A DNA stretch of 64,000 nt, taken from the NCBI RefSeq assembly GCF_006345805.1, contig NC_042997.1, positions 55,800,001 through 55,864,000 on the forward strand, written 5' to 3'. Shown here piece after piece: positions 1 to 13,660 of this stretch; the stretch's first letter is position 1, and the number at the start of each line of letters is the position of its first letter. The stretch comes from Octopus sinensis (Eukaryota). Under the pieces are notes generated by a model. It did not search any database, was not told the DNA's origin, and saw nothing but the letters and a program-made list of their open reading frames with translations. The position numbers and the translations under genes are program-made.

Positions 1-229
1 AAAATGCCCCAATTTTGATGTAATTGTAACAAAAATGAAAAAGTTTCAACAAAAATCTTTTTGCTTCATAATGAGGATATTAATTAATTCTATCGCATTT
101 GTTTTATAATTTTTATATTTATAATTGAATTGTCCATATAAATGGATTTAATAAATCTTGTGAATTCAAGGAGCCTATGATTTTCTTCCTTTCAAATCAA
201 GGGGGTAACGTCGACATAAATACATATAT

Positions 230-810
230 TTTGGGGTAATTGGTTAAAGAATTTCCCCGACCCCTGCCCTAGAACAACCATTGTGACTCACGGGGCTCGT
301 ACGTACAGAGAGACAGATCTTCCCCGACAGAATTGGGCAGGGATATGGTCCGGGGGCCGAGAACAACGGAGGTCTCCATTGCCACAGGCTCGACCATAAA
401 CCTGTCAGAAAGTGACCAATTCTTTGATAGTTTGCTTTCTTTCACTCTGACGTGCAGCGGCGTCTGGGCTGGTAGCTGAACACACCAAGTTGCCGCTGAA
501 GAAGATGTCACAGCATGTGACATCCCGGAACGGGAAAACTGTCAAACCGTCAGGCCTTTTACCATCCTCTAGGTTTAACCCTGCTGGCCCGAGCTGAGAA
601 AGTGTCTAGGCGATGCGTTATGATTTTGTTAAGGGTGGTATGACAGTTGGGGGAGTAGACCCGTAGCAGCATTCATGTGGAGCACAGATCTGGAGGCCAA
701 GCCTCAAGGAAACGCCGATGCGCAGACAGTCACTATCGAGCTGAGTACCAGTCGAGGGTGATGGTACCACATTGAACCAGGCTCCGCTGTGAGGCTCGGA
801 AGCCTATGAT
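230..810 (-). mobile_element. Degenerate restriction-like endonuclease (RLE) domain of a CRE/R2-group non-LTR retrotransposon
   Basis: Minus-strand frames give [14 protein letters not shown]..., [23 protein letters not shown] and (ORF 269..523) RFMVEPVAMETSVVLGP...PRESQWLF, matching the zinc-knuckle / PD..D / ET.G layout of RLE domains. Frameshifted. Confidence 0.65.
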
Positions 811-1149
811 TATATGTAAACGTGTGTGTGTGTGTGTGTCTGTGTGTGTGTTTGTGTGGTGGGTGTCAAACAGCTGAATATTAAAGTGAGGAATCACTTA
901 ACACTTCAGTCGAATATGATATTTATTAATTATTTTTACAAGAAAAACCTGAAGGCATCTAAGTTTCAGCTTACTTAACCATCTTTTGGTGAGGGATACA
1001 TGTCATCGGGGGAATGATGTATATAAAAATTAAGGATTATAAGGAGAAAGATGTGATTGTGTAGAAAATGGAGATGGGCAAGAAAAATGTATATGCTTAT
1101 ATAATGTGAGTGGGAAGGAAGGAGCAGTAGAGATTTCTTTTTTCACAAA

Positions 1150-3050
1150 AAAGGTTTTCTTTGGTATTAGTTGACGGTGATTAAATATAAGGGACTGTCG
1201 TTTGTGTATATGTCATTGTTTGGTCTCAGTCAAGCATACGTATAGCTGGGGGATTTACATACATGCTTGACCGAACCCAAATAATAATAGTTTGTTTAAC
1301 TGGTTCTACTTGTTTATAGTGTTGTTGAGCGTTTCCTTTTTGCTATAAATCCTGAGCTACTGAATCTATGGGGAAAAAATAATATTTGTATGGGAGAAAA
1401 TGGATCATTACCATGTTCAAGCAATTTTCAAGTGCATCAAAGACATAATAAGTAAAAGAAAGGGCATTTGGTCAATAACCATAAGCCACTATGAAGTCAT
1501 TTCATATCATCATAAACTGTCAAGTGCTGCCGAACAGAAAATAAGGCACTGAAGTATCACTGAGCAATTAGAATCATAGCTTTTGGTTCTTTTCTAAGGT
1601 TAATCTTTTGATTTAGTTTGTCTCACCAAATACGGCGAAGTCTATACCGAGCTGAGGATAAGACTTCCTCGGAAAAGTATAGACTTTTCTTTACTTCATG
1701 ACAAACCTTAAAGTTGTCTCACGTAGTTTGCAGAAATGTTTAAAAAAATCTTAATCATTTAGTTAATATTGTGTTTTCCGCACCCAACAAGTATTTCTAA
1801 TTCGATAACTGATGCTTACAACATTAAATATGTTAGCACAAACAAACTACCCCTATAATGGTCTATGCTTTTCTGACTATTATGCTTATACCACCTCTTC
1901 TTGAGCATCCATCTCCATCTCCTTCCCTATTTCCCGACTCTTGTTGTGTTGACTCCTCCAGTCGCTACGCAAATTACTGAATGCGACTAGTTGTTTTTAC
2001 CCAGGACGGCAACTTTTTGGAATCACCTTCCTATTCATATCTACCCCATGGGTTTTCACTAACAAAGACTCAAGAGAAATATTAATGGGCAGCGATCTCA
2101 CAGGTCTTGGAAGCCTATAAAAACCATAGACACTTTAGCTTCCTCCATATCCAACAATTAAATATAAACTACAGCTGAACAAAGCTCAGCTCCCAACAAT
2201 CTATGTTCATTACTCTGTTCTGGTTGAAAGCTTTTCTCTTTTGTTATTTTGATAATATTTTAATAGACATAAACATCTCACAAAGGTACTTAAGTTTGGA
2301 AAATATGACTATTCGCTAACTTTTTCGTGTTTTTATTCGATATGTCTAATATTTTTTGTAATTTTAAATTGATTTGTTAAGGTGTTATTTTAATAAAAAT
2401 ACAGTCTTTTATATTAAAAAAGATATCATTCTTTTCAAAATAATAGTTTATGGAAATTTAATGCAAGGGGAACTATCAACCATTTGTTCGCGAGTTTGGC
2501 GCTCAGCCAACTCGTCTATACGGAGCACTCAGCCATTTTTTATATAAGTGATAGATACTGTTTCTTACTGCTATAGCTTGAGTATTATAATATAGACGAA
2601 TACTTATGGATTATTTAACTGACCACTCAATACCCACCGAATTTCTAAACCTCATCTGCTTTCATACGATGAAAGTCCCGTGTGTCACATTTCCTAGCCT
2701 AGGTATTGTCACTCTTTGTTAACAGCCTTATCATACAATATGTTTTTATCACTCCCATGACACGTACAAAATTCATCTTCTAAAATAGGGAAGACATAAA
2801 GCTCCCTTGATATTGATGTTTTTCTTGCTGATCTACAATATTTTTAGTAATCTACTAACAGACACAAATATTTATCTTGGCTAAATTCCAGGCTTATATC
2901 CTCGGAGAATTCGCTAATTAGGTCTAGCTCTTTTAAACATTGGAATTGTTGGTAACCGAGAGTTATATATCATCGACATGTTTTTGGTTATATCGGCATC
3001 CATGTTCTTAACAAACTCTTTATGATAAATATTAGATTGCTTTATTATTC
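1150..3050 (-). mobile_element. Heavily decayed R4/Dong-like LINE (RT end to RLE), interrupted by an AT-rich insert near 2260-2555
   Basis: Minus strand ~2870-2985: VDDI...QCLKELDLISEFSEDISLEFSQDK, resembling YMDD..L....FS.DI.M.FG.DKC. Weak RLE-like remnants (FIVA, DSVAQ, TMT.QTTVP) at ~1200-1500. Many stops. Confidence 0.5.
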
Positions 3051-3453
3051 ACACAATGCAGTTTATATTTACAAAACTACATTGTGGAACTATTCTTTTT
3101 ATTAACCCTGAGTTAAGAATTTTCTAATGGTGAATTCTATATATTTGAATGAAATCTGAACAAGAAATAATCTTCCAACAAACGGAACCTCGATCTAGTT
3201 TTAATTCATGATTGAAACTAGTTCACTTTACTTATTCCATTGTACTTTCGGAAAGGGTATGGATGTAACATTATTTTTCCATCTCCATATAAAACATAAA
3301 TATATTGCCAGAATATAAAGTTACACTCTGAATCAAGATGGTTGTTAATCAAGTAAACTTTGTGTGCTTATTGGGATATCACAAAAAACACCTCGTCATC
3401 ATATGTGATTCAATAGAAATCACTCCTATTAAAATATCAGGCTCATCATATCT

Positions 3454-3454
<1 letters not shown>

Positions 3455-3535
<81 letters not shown>

Positions 3536-3548
3536 GGATAGATGGATG

Positions 3549-3624
<76 letters not shown>
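3455..3624. repeat. (GATA)n microsatellite
   Basis: Direct reading; short GGAT interruptions. Confidence 0.97.
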
Positions 3625-4415
3625 CACACACGCACACACATATAAATCGAGAATGGAAAAGGTAAAGACTACATATGTTTCATAGCTACACAATATTGGT
3701 TACATAACTTGTAACACATATAAAACCCGTTTAGCTGACCCTCGGGTCCGATTACCTTCGAGTTGTTTATATCATCAAATGGCAAGTTGAACCCCCCCCC
3801 CCAAAAAAAACCCCAAAGAGATCAATTGCTAGTAGGCATGTAGCCATAAAAGGAAAAGAGTGGGTATGTTTACCGAAAGAAAAAGAGGCTAGGTAGGGGA
3901 CAGGCGAGATGAGGGTTTCAAAAGAGAATGAGAGATACGTGAGTTTCGAAGTAGGGCAATAAAATCATTAATTTTGGCGTCGAGGAGATGGTATATGACA
4001 TAGAGAACTGATAGAACATTATGCTACGCGGTAACGCGCGACAGCGAAGATATGTAAATTGCGGTACCATTCTTTACAAGGGCAAGCATAGAACTGTATC
4101 GAGAAAAAAGTATATGAACATGTATCGTCGAAAAAATGAGAAAATAGTTTAATTCAAAATAAAAGCAGAGGAAATAACATATAAAAATTTTGCGTGAAAA
4201 ATATATAAAAGTGGGAAGAAAGGTAGGCTCGCCCACTACATAAAAATTCATAAAGTCAACTTGCAAGCACATGTGTGTATACACAAACACACACATACAC
4301 ACACCCACTCACAAACATACATACACACGCACAGATAGCTAGATAGATACATACATACATACATATATACATAAATACATTCATACGTACGTACATACAT
4401 ACATACATACATACA

Positions 4416-4463
<48 letters not shown>

Positions 4464-5479
4464 ATGGAAAAAATGTATACATATATATACATATATATTT
4501 ATGTACATATATATGTATGTATATTTATATGTATATATACCCATGCATGCATAAACACAGGCATACACATTCATTATATATATTGACACATACATATACA
4601 TATATACACACTCATATATACGCACATTCGCTCACAGACACATACACATATTACAAAATGTACACACACCAATATACACGCACACACATCACACATGTAT
4701 ATATACGCACATATACATACATTAATAAACGCCTAGATAAACAGTATCTCTGTTTATGAACAGTTGAAAATGTAGACGTATTAATAAATACAATAGTTTG
4801 AAATACGAGAACAGTTCATATAAAAAAAATAAATAACTGTATAAGTAAAATATAAACAAGTGGAAAAAGTGGAGGAAAAATATAAATATGCAAAGGCCGG
4901 ACACCAAGAAAGGAATGAACCAAAATACATAACAATACATAAACACAATTTATACACACACATAAACACATATTTATACACACACGCACACACATTTACA
5001 TATATATACACCCGCACGCATGTATATCCATATACACACGCATATATCCATACACACGCGTTTGTGCCAAAGTCAGTAAAAAAATTTAAATATACAAAAA
5101 GTATTCAAGTATAGTAATATATATATATATTTTTAAAAAACTGGAGCATGTATACGTGTATAAAAGAAATAAAACTACATGTATATTAATGTTAAAGAAT
5201 TTATGCATATGTAAAAACAAAAGTAAAATAATAAAAACTGAAAAACAATAACGATAAAAAAAAATAAAAGAAGGCCAAAATAAAAAAAAATGTAGAAAGA
5301 TATATTATGGAAAATTTCTTGGGAAAGAAAAGGCCAAAGTTACAAAACCAAGGAAAAGGGGAAATGAAAATATCTCAGTTGGACAAATAGGAAGATTGGT
5401 AGCTATGACAAGGAGGTTAAGTTTTATACCTTAAGAAAGTGTTACATAAATTATACCGACAAAACATAGTCAGGTTGCT

Positions 5480-6140
5480 ATGTTTATTAGCGCAGTCCTT
5501 ATATTGCATAATAGTTATCATTTCAGCAATGCGGAGTCAAAACGTATATTCACTACATGATCTAGCATGTTTTACAATAGATCATTTAATGTTGCAATCT
5601 TATAAATCCTTGTTTTAAATCCTGAACTAGCTTAAACACAGAGCTGTTATTGACTCTAGCCTCGGACTAAAAGTTAGAGTAATGGTTACACACTCTCGCC
5701 TTAAAAATAGTACTGTACGCGCCGACGTAAGTAAACCAGGATCGATTTGTAAATACTATGCACTTGTGCACCGTCTTCTTCATAAAACATTTATTATTCA
5801 AAGGGCAAGAGGTTGAATACTTACAGTTATAGAGTGTCCTCGCAGTCGCCATAAGGATATTACGGAACCAATCATTTCCTATATAATGAGGTGCAGCGTA
5901 GATAGCAACGAGTGTGTTATCCGGATAAATACAGTGATTTTTGTTCTCATTGCTAACATAATTATATCGTCTATTTATAACTGGCATCAATGGATCGGTG
6001 GTCCGGCTATATGGGGTGAGCAGTGTAATCAATCGAGTGTTGTCAGAGATGGTGCCATCTTAACGCCAGGCCGCAGGGTTAATGGGTATGGGTTGAGGCT
6101 TCGTGGGGATTCCTACGAATATTGCTGCTGGTGCACTCAT
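5480..6140 (-). mobile_element. Penelope-like element, GIY-YIG endonuclease fragment
   Basis: ORF 5667..6032 contains CKYSTSCPLNNKC...IVF...TYVGAYSTIFKARVCNHYSNF, followed by a decayed NIK*SIVKHA, typical of the PLE C-terminus. Confidence 0.75.
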
Positions 6141-6741
6141 CTAGATTAAGTAATCTTTTATAATCAAGACGAGTTATAATGTCAGTTATGTTGCATGTAG
6201 TCGAATAGGACACTGTGTGTGCCAAAAATTATGTAAAAAATATTGTTTTCCTATGAAACACATGTAATCTTTATTTACCTTTCCCACTCCCTACATTTTC
6301 AGATTTTTATTCGCATATATAGCAATTTTAGTTGCTAGACTGTGAGCTGTATAGTGAGTGTCAGTTATTGAAATTTCCATTGCTTTCAATGTGGGGTGAC
6401 GTGCATAACATACAATAGTTATTAAATTCTTCCTGCCTTATATTGCCCACCTTTTGTTATCTGTAATAACTATTTACATGCTTGAAGCTTACTAACTTCC
6501 TATACGAGTATCTTTCAACTCGTAATACACACACATACACACATACACACACACACACACAAACACACACACACTCACACACACTCACACACACACATTT
6601 ATATATTTACATACATATAACGTTCTGGCAAAATACTTTATATGCTCTCTTATTACACTAGGCTAACAATATCGATACATACATACAAGCATACATACAT
6701 ACATACATACATACATACATACATACATACAAAATTCCATG

Positions 6742-6951
6742 TTGTTGATGTTGAAATTCCAGTGAAGCAACCTTGGATCTAGGTTCGAAACCGGTTCTTT
6801 TTCTATTGGCAAGAAATCTTGAAATAAACTGAATAATGATATACAAATAAAAATACCCTCTTGTTGATGTTGAAATTCCAAAGGAGCCTTGAATCTATGT
6901 CAGAAACCTGCTCTTTATTGGCAAAAAACCTTGTAATAAAACTGAACAATG

Positions 6952-6984
<33 letters not shown>

Positions 6985-6986
6985 CA

Positions 6987-7022
<36 letters not shown>

Positions 7023-7070
7023 TACATACATACATACATACATACATACATACATACATACATACATACA
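6742..7070 (+). repeat. Two tandem ~119-bp copies of a retroelement-like tail followed by (CATA)n
   Basis: ttgttgatgttgaaattcca...ttggcaa...aaactgaa(t/c)aatga occurs at 6742 and 6861. Confidence 0.7.
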
Positions 7071-7236
7071 TAAACGTATATATGCACACACTCACACACG
7101 TACATATACATATACACGCGAGCGCGCATGTTGTGATCCCTTTTTGTCATCTGTTTTGCGTCGGTTGAGCACTTTTTGCTCGTACATTCAATATATAAAA
7201 CGTCGCATTTGTTGTTGCAGGCAGGAGGGGAGTTGC

Positions 7237-7437
7237 AAGAAGAAGAAGAAGAAGAAGAAGAAGAAGGAGGAGGAGGAGGAGAAGGAGAAGGAGGAGGCGG
7301 AGGAGAAGAAGAAGAAGAAGAAGAAGAAGAAGAAGAAGAAGAAGAAGAAGAAGAAGAAGAAGAAGAAGAAGAAGAAGAAGAAGAAGAAGAAGAAGAAGAA
7401 GAAGAAGAAGAAGAAGAAGAAGAAGAAGAAGAAGAAG
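7237..7437. repeat. (GAA)n/(GGA)n microsatellite
   Basis: Direct reading. Confidence 0.97.
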
Positions 7438-8253
7438 ACGTTAGAATGACAACGGTGAAAATAATGACGATGGTGAATTATAACGACATACTTTGCTGAT
7501 GATTGTTCTTACGACAGCGATAATAAGAAATTAGTAACAAAATTAGAAATCTTGTGCTAATTAACATTTACAAATTCGTTGTAATATATGCATAGTTGCT
7601 TTTAGCTTCTTTGCATATCGACATTTCATTTATTTATTCTGCTACGAAATGTTCCCGCTTGCGGGTGTTCCCATACGCCCCAGCAGTTTGTAACAAGGTA
7701 TCTTGACTAACGCTCACGTTCTCAATTATCTGTACGCAGCAAGTGCTGTAAGTGAATAGAGTCAGAGAATATATTCAGTATTTTGTTTCTTGGATATGCA
7801 TTTGGTTTATGTCCTACATACCGAATATGGAAAGTGTCCTGCAAAGAACAGTATGTCTAATGCAGTGCAACGCTATCTTTGTAATATGTGTGTGAGTATG
7901 TGTGTGCATGAGTGTGTGAGTGTGTGTATTTGTGTACGAACACGCAAATATGCAAGTCACAGAAATGTGTGTTTCATAGATGGAGAAAGTGAGGGAGAAT
8001 TGTTTGCGTACAAGTGAAATTAAATCTATTTTCATTTGAAACATCTCTTTTAGTATTAACATTATCTATATGCAGCTCCCAACACAAATGTAACCTGCTT
8101 CAATGCTGCTGCTGTTGTTACTGTCATACTGTTGCATTTTCTTCTGCAGCTGCTGCTGCTACTGTTACTATTTGTGTTGTTTAGTTCCAGGTCAACCTTG
8201 ACTAAAACAGTTCTATAACCAAACCTGTTTTGTGTTGATGAACATTTCCATTA

Positions 8254-8480
8254 TTTTTACCTCCGCCTTAGCGAAGGCGGGGTATTGTTTTTTCAGTCGT
8301 ATTTGTTTGTTTGTCTGTGGACAAGATATCTCAAGAACCGCTGGATGGATTTGGATGAGACTTTCAAGGATGTTCGGCCTTGTGAGTGGCACGAACTGAT
8401 TAGATTTTGGAATCGATCTGCTACTGGACAAAGATTCTGGAATATTTTACCTGTTTTCTTTTTTACTAATTTTTGTTGGG
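8254..8480 (+). mobile_element. Non-autonomous Helentron/DINE-1-like (HINE) element fragment
   Basis: T-run, then hairpin acctccgcct-tagcga-aggcggggt, a gtttgtttgtctgt tract and gatatctcaagaaccgctggatggatttggatga, the layout of HINE 5' ends. Confidence 0.5.
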
Positions 8481-8880
8481 TTCATTTTTAGTATTCTTGT
8501 TTGTGAGAGTAGTTGAGTTTAGTTCAGATATTCTCGTTTAAAAAATCATCTCTTGCTAATCGTTGAGAGGACTTTGGTTCTGCCTTGGCGGGGGTTAGCG
8601 ATGTCTGAGTGCTCTTGCTATATACATTTTCAGGAATAATGTTATCCGACCTGCTTTGTCTTTCTTTTTAGACAGTGTGATTTAGGAAAGATGTAGTTAT
8701 CATTTCTATCTAGTCGAGTGACCACATAAAGTCTCTTTAACTGGTTCGTATTCTATCACTGCTTTTCTCGATTCGTCACATTTTGTTTTGACAGAAGACA
8801 TTTGTATCTCATGAATGTGACGTTCATTTTCTATTACAGGAACACTTTATAGAGATTGAAATTCATTTACATATATATAT

Positions 8881-9651
8881 TCTTTTCTATTCTAGGCACA
8901 AGGCTCGAAATTATGTGGGAGGGGGCTGTCAATTAGATCGATCCAGTGCACAACTGGTACCTAATTTATCGATCCCGAAAGCATGAAAGGCAAAGTCGAC
9001 CTCGGCAGAATTTGAACTCAGAGCGTAAAAAACAGATGAAATATCTATTTCTTTACTACCCACAAGGGGCTAAACACAGAGAGGATAAACAAGGACAGAC
9101 AAACGGATTAAGTCGATTACATTGACCCCAGTGCGTAACTGATACTCAATTTATCGACCCCAAAAGGATGAAAGGCAAAGTCGACCTCGGCGGAATTTGA
9201 ACTCAGAACGTAAAGACAGACGAAACACCTATTTCTATTTCTTTACTACCCACAAGGGGCTAAACACAGAGGGGACAAAAAAGGACAGAAAAACGGATTA
9301 AGTCGATTACATCGATCCCAGTGTGTAACTGGTACTTAATTCATCGATCCCGAAAGGATGAAAGGCAAAGTCGACCTCGGCGGAATTTGAACTCAGAACG
9401 AAACGGCAGACGAAATACCTATTTCTTTACTACCCACTAGGGGCTAAACACAGAGAGGACAAACAAGGACAGACAAACGGATTAAGTCGATTATATCGAC
9501 CCCAATGCATAACTGGTACTTAATTTATCGACCCCGAAAGGATGAAAGGCAAAATCGACCTCGGCGGAATTTGAACTCAGAGCGTAACAGCAGACGAAAT
9601 ACGGCTACGCATTTCGCCCGGCGTGCTAACGTTTCTGCCATCTCGCTGCCT
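8881..9651 (-). mobile_element. Tandem tetramer of a tRNA-derived SINE (family A)
   Basis: Four units (8881-9043, 9044-9228, 9229-9418, 9419-9651) share B-box gagttcaaattc and the core gcctttcatcctttcggggtcgataaattaagtaccag. Only the last carries the A-box head. The core resembles the conserved MetaSINE/Sauria-type domain (from memory). Confidence 0.9.
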
Positions 9652-9742
9652 AATGTGCATTTATATATTACTTAGTCAGTGTATTTGCCAATTTCGGTCG
9701 CTTGCGTCGAAAGAGTGATTTAAATACGTTTTAATTTTTAGT

Positions 9743-10064
9743 GAAGACGATGGCTTAGTGGTTAGAGTATTCGGCTCGCGATCGTAGGGTCACGTTTTCG
9801 ATTCCCGGTAGCGCGTTGTGTCCTTGAGGAAGGCACTTCATTTCACGGTGCTCTAGTCCATTCAGCTAGCAAAAATTAGTACTACCTGTATTTCGAGGGG
9901 CTAGCATTATCACACTTTGTGTGACACTGAATCTCCCTGAGAAGTAAGTGAAGGGTACGCGTGTTTGCGGAGTACTCAGCCACTTACACGCTAATCTCAC
10001 GAACAAGCTGTTCCGTTGATCGGATCAACAGAGACCCTCGTCGTCATAAGCGACGGAGTGCCAA
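9743..10064 (+). mobile_element. tRNA-derived SINE with CORE/V-like central motif
   Basis: A-box tggcttagtggtt, B-box-like ttcgattccc, then gttgtgtccttgaggaaggcactt. Confidence 0.7.
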
Positions 10065-10710
10065 GGGAAGATGTTATAATTAGATCGTAAACCTGACCCA
10101 AATGCTTACAGTAGAGTGGACGCTGATAAATACAAAATATACTCAAGAGCCAGAAGGCTGATTTAAAATAGGTACTTGATCAATTCAACCATTCAAGAAC
10201 AAAAAAGTCTCCTTGAATGCACTTCCATAGAGTTTCTACCGACCAAATTTCACTCGAGGCTTTAATATACCAGAGGTAGGGTTTCCAAAAGTGCTGCACA
10301 ATGAGGATGAGCTCAAAACCACGTCATATCTAATTCGGTTAATCAATGCTCCATCTTCTCACTGAAAACTAGCTCGCTGATTATATAGTTACCTTGCGAC
10401 TTAAAGAAAGAACATGCAACATTGATTAGTATGAAAATAATCATAGTACCTAAGGACTATTGGAAGTTATTTCACTATGAACCATTACACTGCATACAAT
10501 TGCATGTATATTCTTACTTGACATCAATTTTACACCATAAGATGTACCATTTTGCTGTTGTTTTTTGTAGTCACTGTACATTCAATATTTTCTTCTTCGC
10601 TTGTTTACTTCCTCCTTAATGGAAACACATCATTTTCGATATAAAACACTCTTTATCAGTTTATGATTCCTAACAAATTAACTTTTTTGTTTTTACCTTT
10701 TCCACTTCAG

Positions 10711-10771
10711 GTTTACAAATAAAAGTTGGCATCATAGCCGTTTTAGGCCTTCTCAGATTGATAAGCTCAAT
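10711..10771 (+). CDS. Candidate internal exon (61 nt), product unknown
   Basis: Strong acceptor ttttttgtttttaccttttccacttcag| and donor |gtaagt. Two open frames (FTNKSWHHSRFRPSQIDKLN or GLQIKVGIIAVLGLLRLISS). No homology recognised. Confidence 0.3.
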
Positions 10772-11899
10772 GTAAGTTAATGTTCAGATTGAATTTCAGC
10801 AAGACAATGCATACAACAAAATACATTAACAGGAACTAGACAAGGAGGGAAAGTCTCTGCAAGGTTGAAAAACTGATGAAAATTGCACTTTATTCTCGGT
10901 CAAACGGTACCCTACACTATTATAATAGGACGGATAAACTGGAAATAGCTAAGCAAAAGTATCAGTTGGCTATGATTGGAATGCTTTAATCATATGTATA
11001 CTCAGTGAAAACTGACTGGGGTCAAATCAACAAATTACATCATGAGCAGATGGTATTTCCAATTAGAAAAGTTGCAATTCTTGAATTTGTGATGAAAAAT
11101 AGCATAACTAGCGAGAGAAAGAGAGATGACTTTTTCGCAGAGGTTTAGATTGGTGATTTGGGGCTAACAAATTAGCACAGAAGAGCAACAACTAATACGG
11201 GCAAGTTAGAAAAGACAGATAAAATGTGTGAGAGAGCTGATAGGTCCGTTACCAAGTTAAAGGTTACACAATTATCACCTATTCTAGAGGGTTTGTTTTA
11301 CTGTTTGTACATATGTATGTATTTCTTAATTTTAAAAATTATTTTATCGGGTTTCTAACCATGAAGCTTGTTCCATCGTTGGAATTTAGATAACAATAAC
11401 GGTAAAAAGTGCTAAATGTTGAAATTTAGAAAAATCCTGTATATTATTACTGTTTTCGATGATATGTATGCTCTGATGTTTTAAAATAATTCTCACCAAT
11501 AAAGAATTAGTTTCTAATCTATAAAGATATGTATATATGCATGTATGTATAAATATGTATGTAAGAATGCATGTATGCGTGTATTCATGTAAGTTGGTGC
11601 TTAGATAGATATCTTCTGAATTATATGTATATGTTCTTGAATGCACGCTATTTCTTGTGTGGATTTGTAAGCGTTGACATATTTGTTCATACACATATGT
11701 TTGTTTGTCTATACGTGCACATACCTACCTATCACGCGATAAACGGGTATGCTTTACATATTTTCAGAATTTTCTTAATGCTCGTGGTTTCTTAATTACC
11801 CGTATCCTTTCCGGTTTTGTGAAACCCTGCTATTTTGGTTAATGTTGATTCACATAACGTTGAAAACAAATATACCAATAATTACATTAATCATAATTA

Positions 11900-12662
11900 C
11901 ACTAATCATTTAGGCACACGGCGTCACGCCGGGCAAGATTCTTAGGGGTCGATGAAATAACTTTCAGCTGAACACTAGGGTTGATGTAATCAACTTACCC
12001 ACGCCACTGTATTTGCTGGCCTTGTAACAAAAAATTGAACTCAATATTACTACTGCAATCAGAATAATGAGTTGGCAGTATCACTTGCACTTCAAAAGAA
12101 ATGGTTTGCGTATTTCCTCTGGTTCTATATCTTCTCAGTTCAAATTACTCGAAGGTCAACTTATCTTTCATCTTTACGGAGTCTATAACATAAAATACCA
12201 ATTAAGTTACCTTAAAAACTCTTGATCAGGTGCCTGAATCAGAAATCAGAAAAAAGTGAAGGATTTACAAAATCATTAGAGCGTCGGACTAAATACCTAT
12301 GTCGTATTTTTTCCGGCTCTTTTACGTTCTGAGTTCAATTTGCATTGCAGTTGACTTTGCTTTTCTTCCCTTCGAATTCTATAAAATAAAGTACCAGTCA
12401 ATTACAAAGGATATAATCTGTTAATTCCGTCATCTCAAAATTGTTGGCCTTATGCCTAAATTGATTTCACATTTTGACACAAGGCCAGAAAGTTCGGGAG
12501 TTGGGATGAGTCGATTACATCGACCCCAATGTTCAATTGGTATTTATTTTATCGACCCTGAAAGGATGAAAGACAAAGTCGACGTCGGCGGAATTTGAAA
12601 TCAGAACATAAAAACGGACGAAATGCCGTTAGGTATTTTTTTGAGCCAGTTCACCGCCTTGA
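11900..12662. mobile_element. Cluster of old family-A SINE copies, last two tail-to-tail
   Basis: Degenerate plus copies at ~11930, ~12065 and ~12255; better minus copy at 12470-12662 (cgaccctgaaaggatgaaagacaaagtcgac). Confidence 0.65.
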
Positions 12663-12699
12663 CTGCAGTTGTAAAAATAAAGTCTTGATGTAGTATCTG

Positions 12700-13660
12700 C
12701 ACAGTTCTTCATTAAATCTTCATTGATGTTTTATTTTTATTTCATCTTCAATATTATGTTAATATCTACTGGAAAACTGATTTCTACTACTGTTCCTCTC
12801 TTCTGCTCAAGACCATTTTACCTGGTCTATTATGCTTACATTTTATTGAGGCTTTGACAGGAACATTCCATTGATATTCTTTCATATTATGGTTGCTTAC
12901 ATCCTCAACATCACAGTCATGTATTGCAGTTTGGTCTTCATGACTATCATTTCTAAGGAGGATTACATTATATAGTATTTTGACTGCTACATCATACCTC
13001 ACAGGTAGATATTTTCGTGATGACATTTTTTGGACAGCTGAATTAACACATTTTCAGTGTTAATTCCACAGAGTCTGCATCTGTTGTCGTATTCCTATCT
13101 CTTTTGTGCAAAGGTGTTTTGCTGCATTTATTTCCTGTTTCTAGATATTTTTCAAAGTGAGAGCTAATATACCGGTTGTTGGTCAAAGACAGAGTCCTTT
13201 GATTATCTATTCTATACTCACTCTGAAGTTTTCTGACAACATAGTAGTGCATGACCTTCTGATATTAAACAGAAATTCTTTCATCAGATGTTCTTTTGCA
13301 ATAGGGCCGTACTGCTTCCTTGAGTATGTTCCCAACTCCCACGATACTGGTTTCTTCATGTTTGCAGACTTTATCCATAGATGCACTTCGGTGGTTAGTC
13401 GTTGCTATCAAAGACATATCACTTCGAAACTTTTTTGAATCGATAGTAAGGCTCTGCCACCTTGTTTCCGTTTTAGGTAGAGGCGGTCAATATCGCAGTT
13501 GGTATGGAAATGTGAGACAGTGGTTAATAGTTTCATGTTTAAACATCAATGGAATCTCTTCTTGTGTCCAATCCTGTATTCCGTAATGTTGACATGAGTA
13601 CTAGTATAGCAAACACACTGTTGGTCATGGATTTATTATATGTAGAAAACTGTAAGGGCC
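12700..13660 (-). mobile_element. R4/Dong-like LINE fragment (zinc knuckle plus RLE)
   Basis: ORFs 13043..13252 and 12787..13026 give ISSHFE.Y, MSSRKYLPVRYDVAVKILY and EYQWNVPVKASIKCKHNRP, matching RHD.VA and W...I.T......NRPD motifs. Confidence 0.72.

Noticed and set aside
1638-1686. Hairpin containing CTGAGGA and GAAA
   Set aside because: Stems do not flank the core in hammerhead geometry.
1987-2555. Helitron-like A|TC...hairpin-CTAG|T on the minus strand
   Set aside because: The lower half (~2000-2250) translates weakly as the post-RT region of the surrounding LINE, so the CTAG end may be chance. Only a possible 5' fragment (~2260-2555) remains.
6949-7499. Long poly-K/poly-E ORFs; likewise poly-I (15261-15510), poly-N/L (36098-36413) and YICM-type ORFs throughout
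   Set aside because: These are translations of microsatellites.
8881-9651. CRISPR-like regular array
   Set aside because: Units are ~190-bp SINE bodies without unique spacers, in a eukaryotic context with no cas genes.
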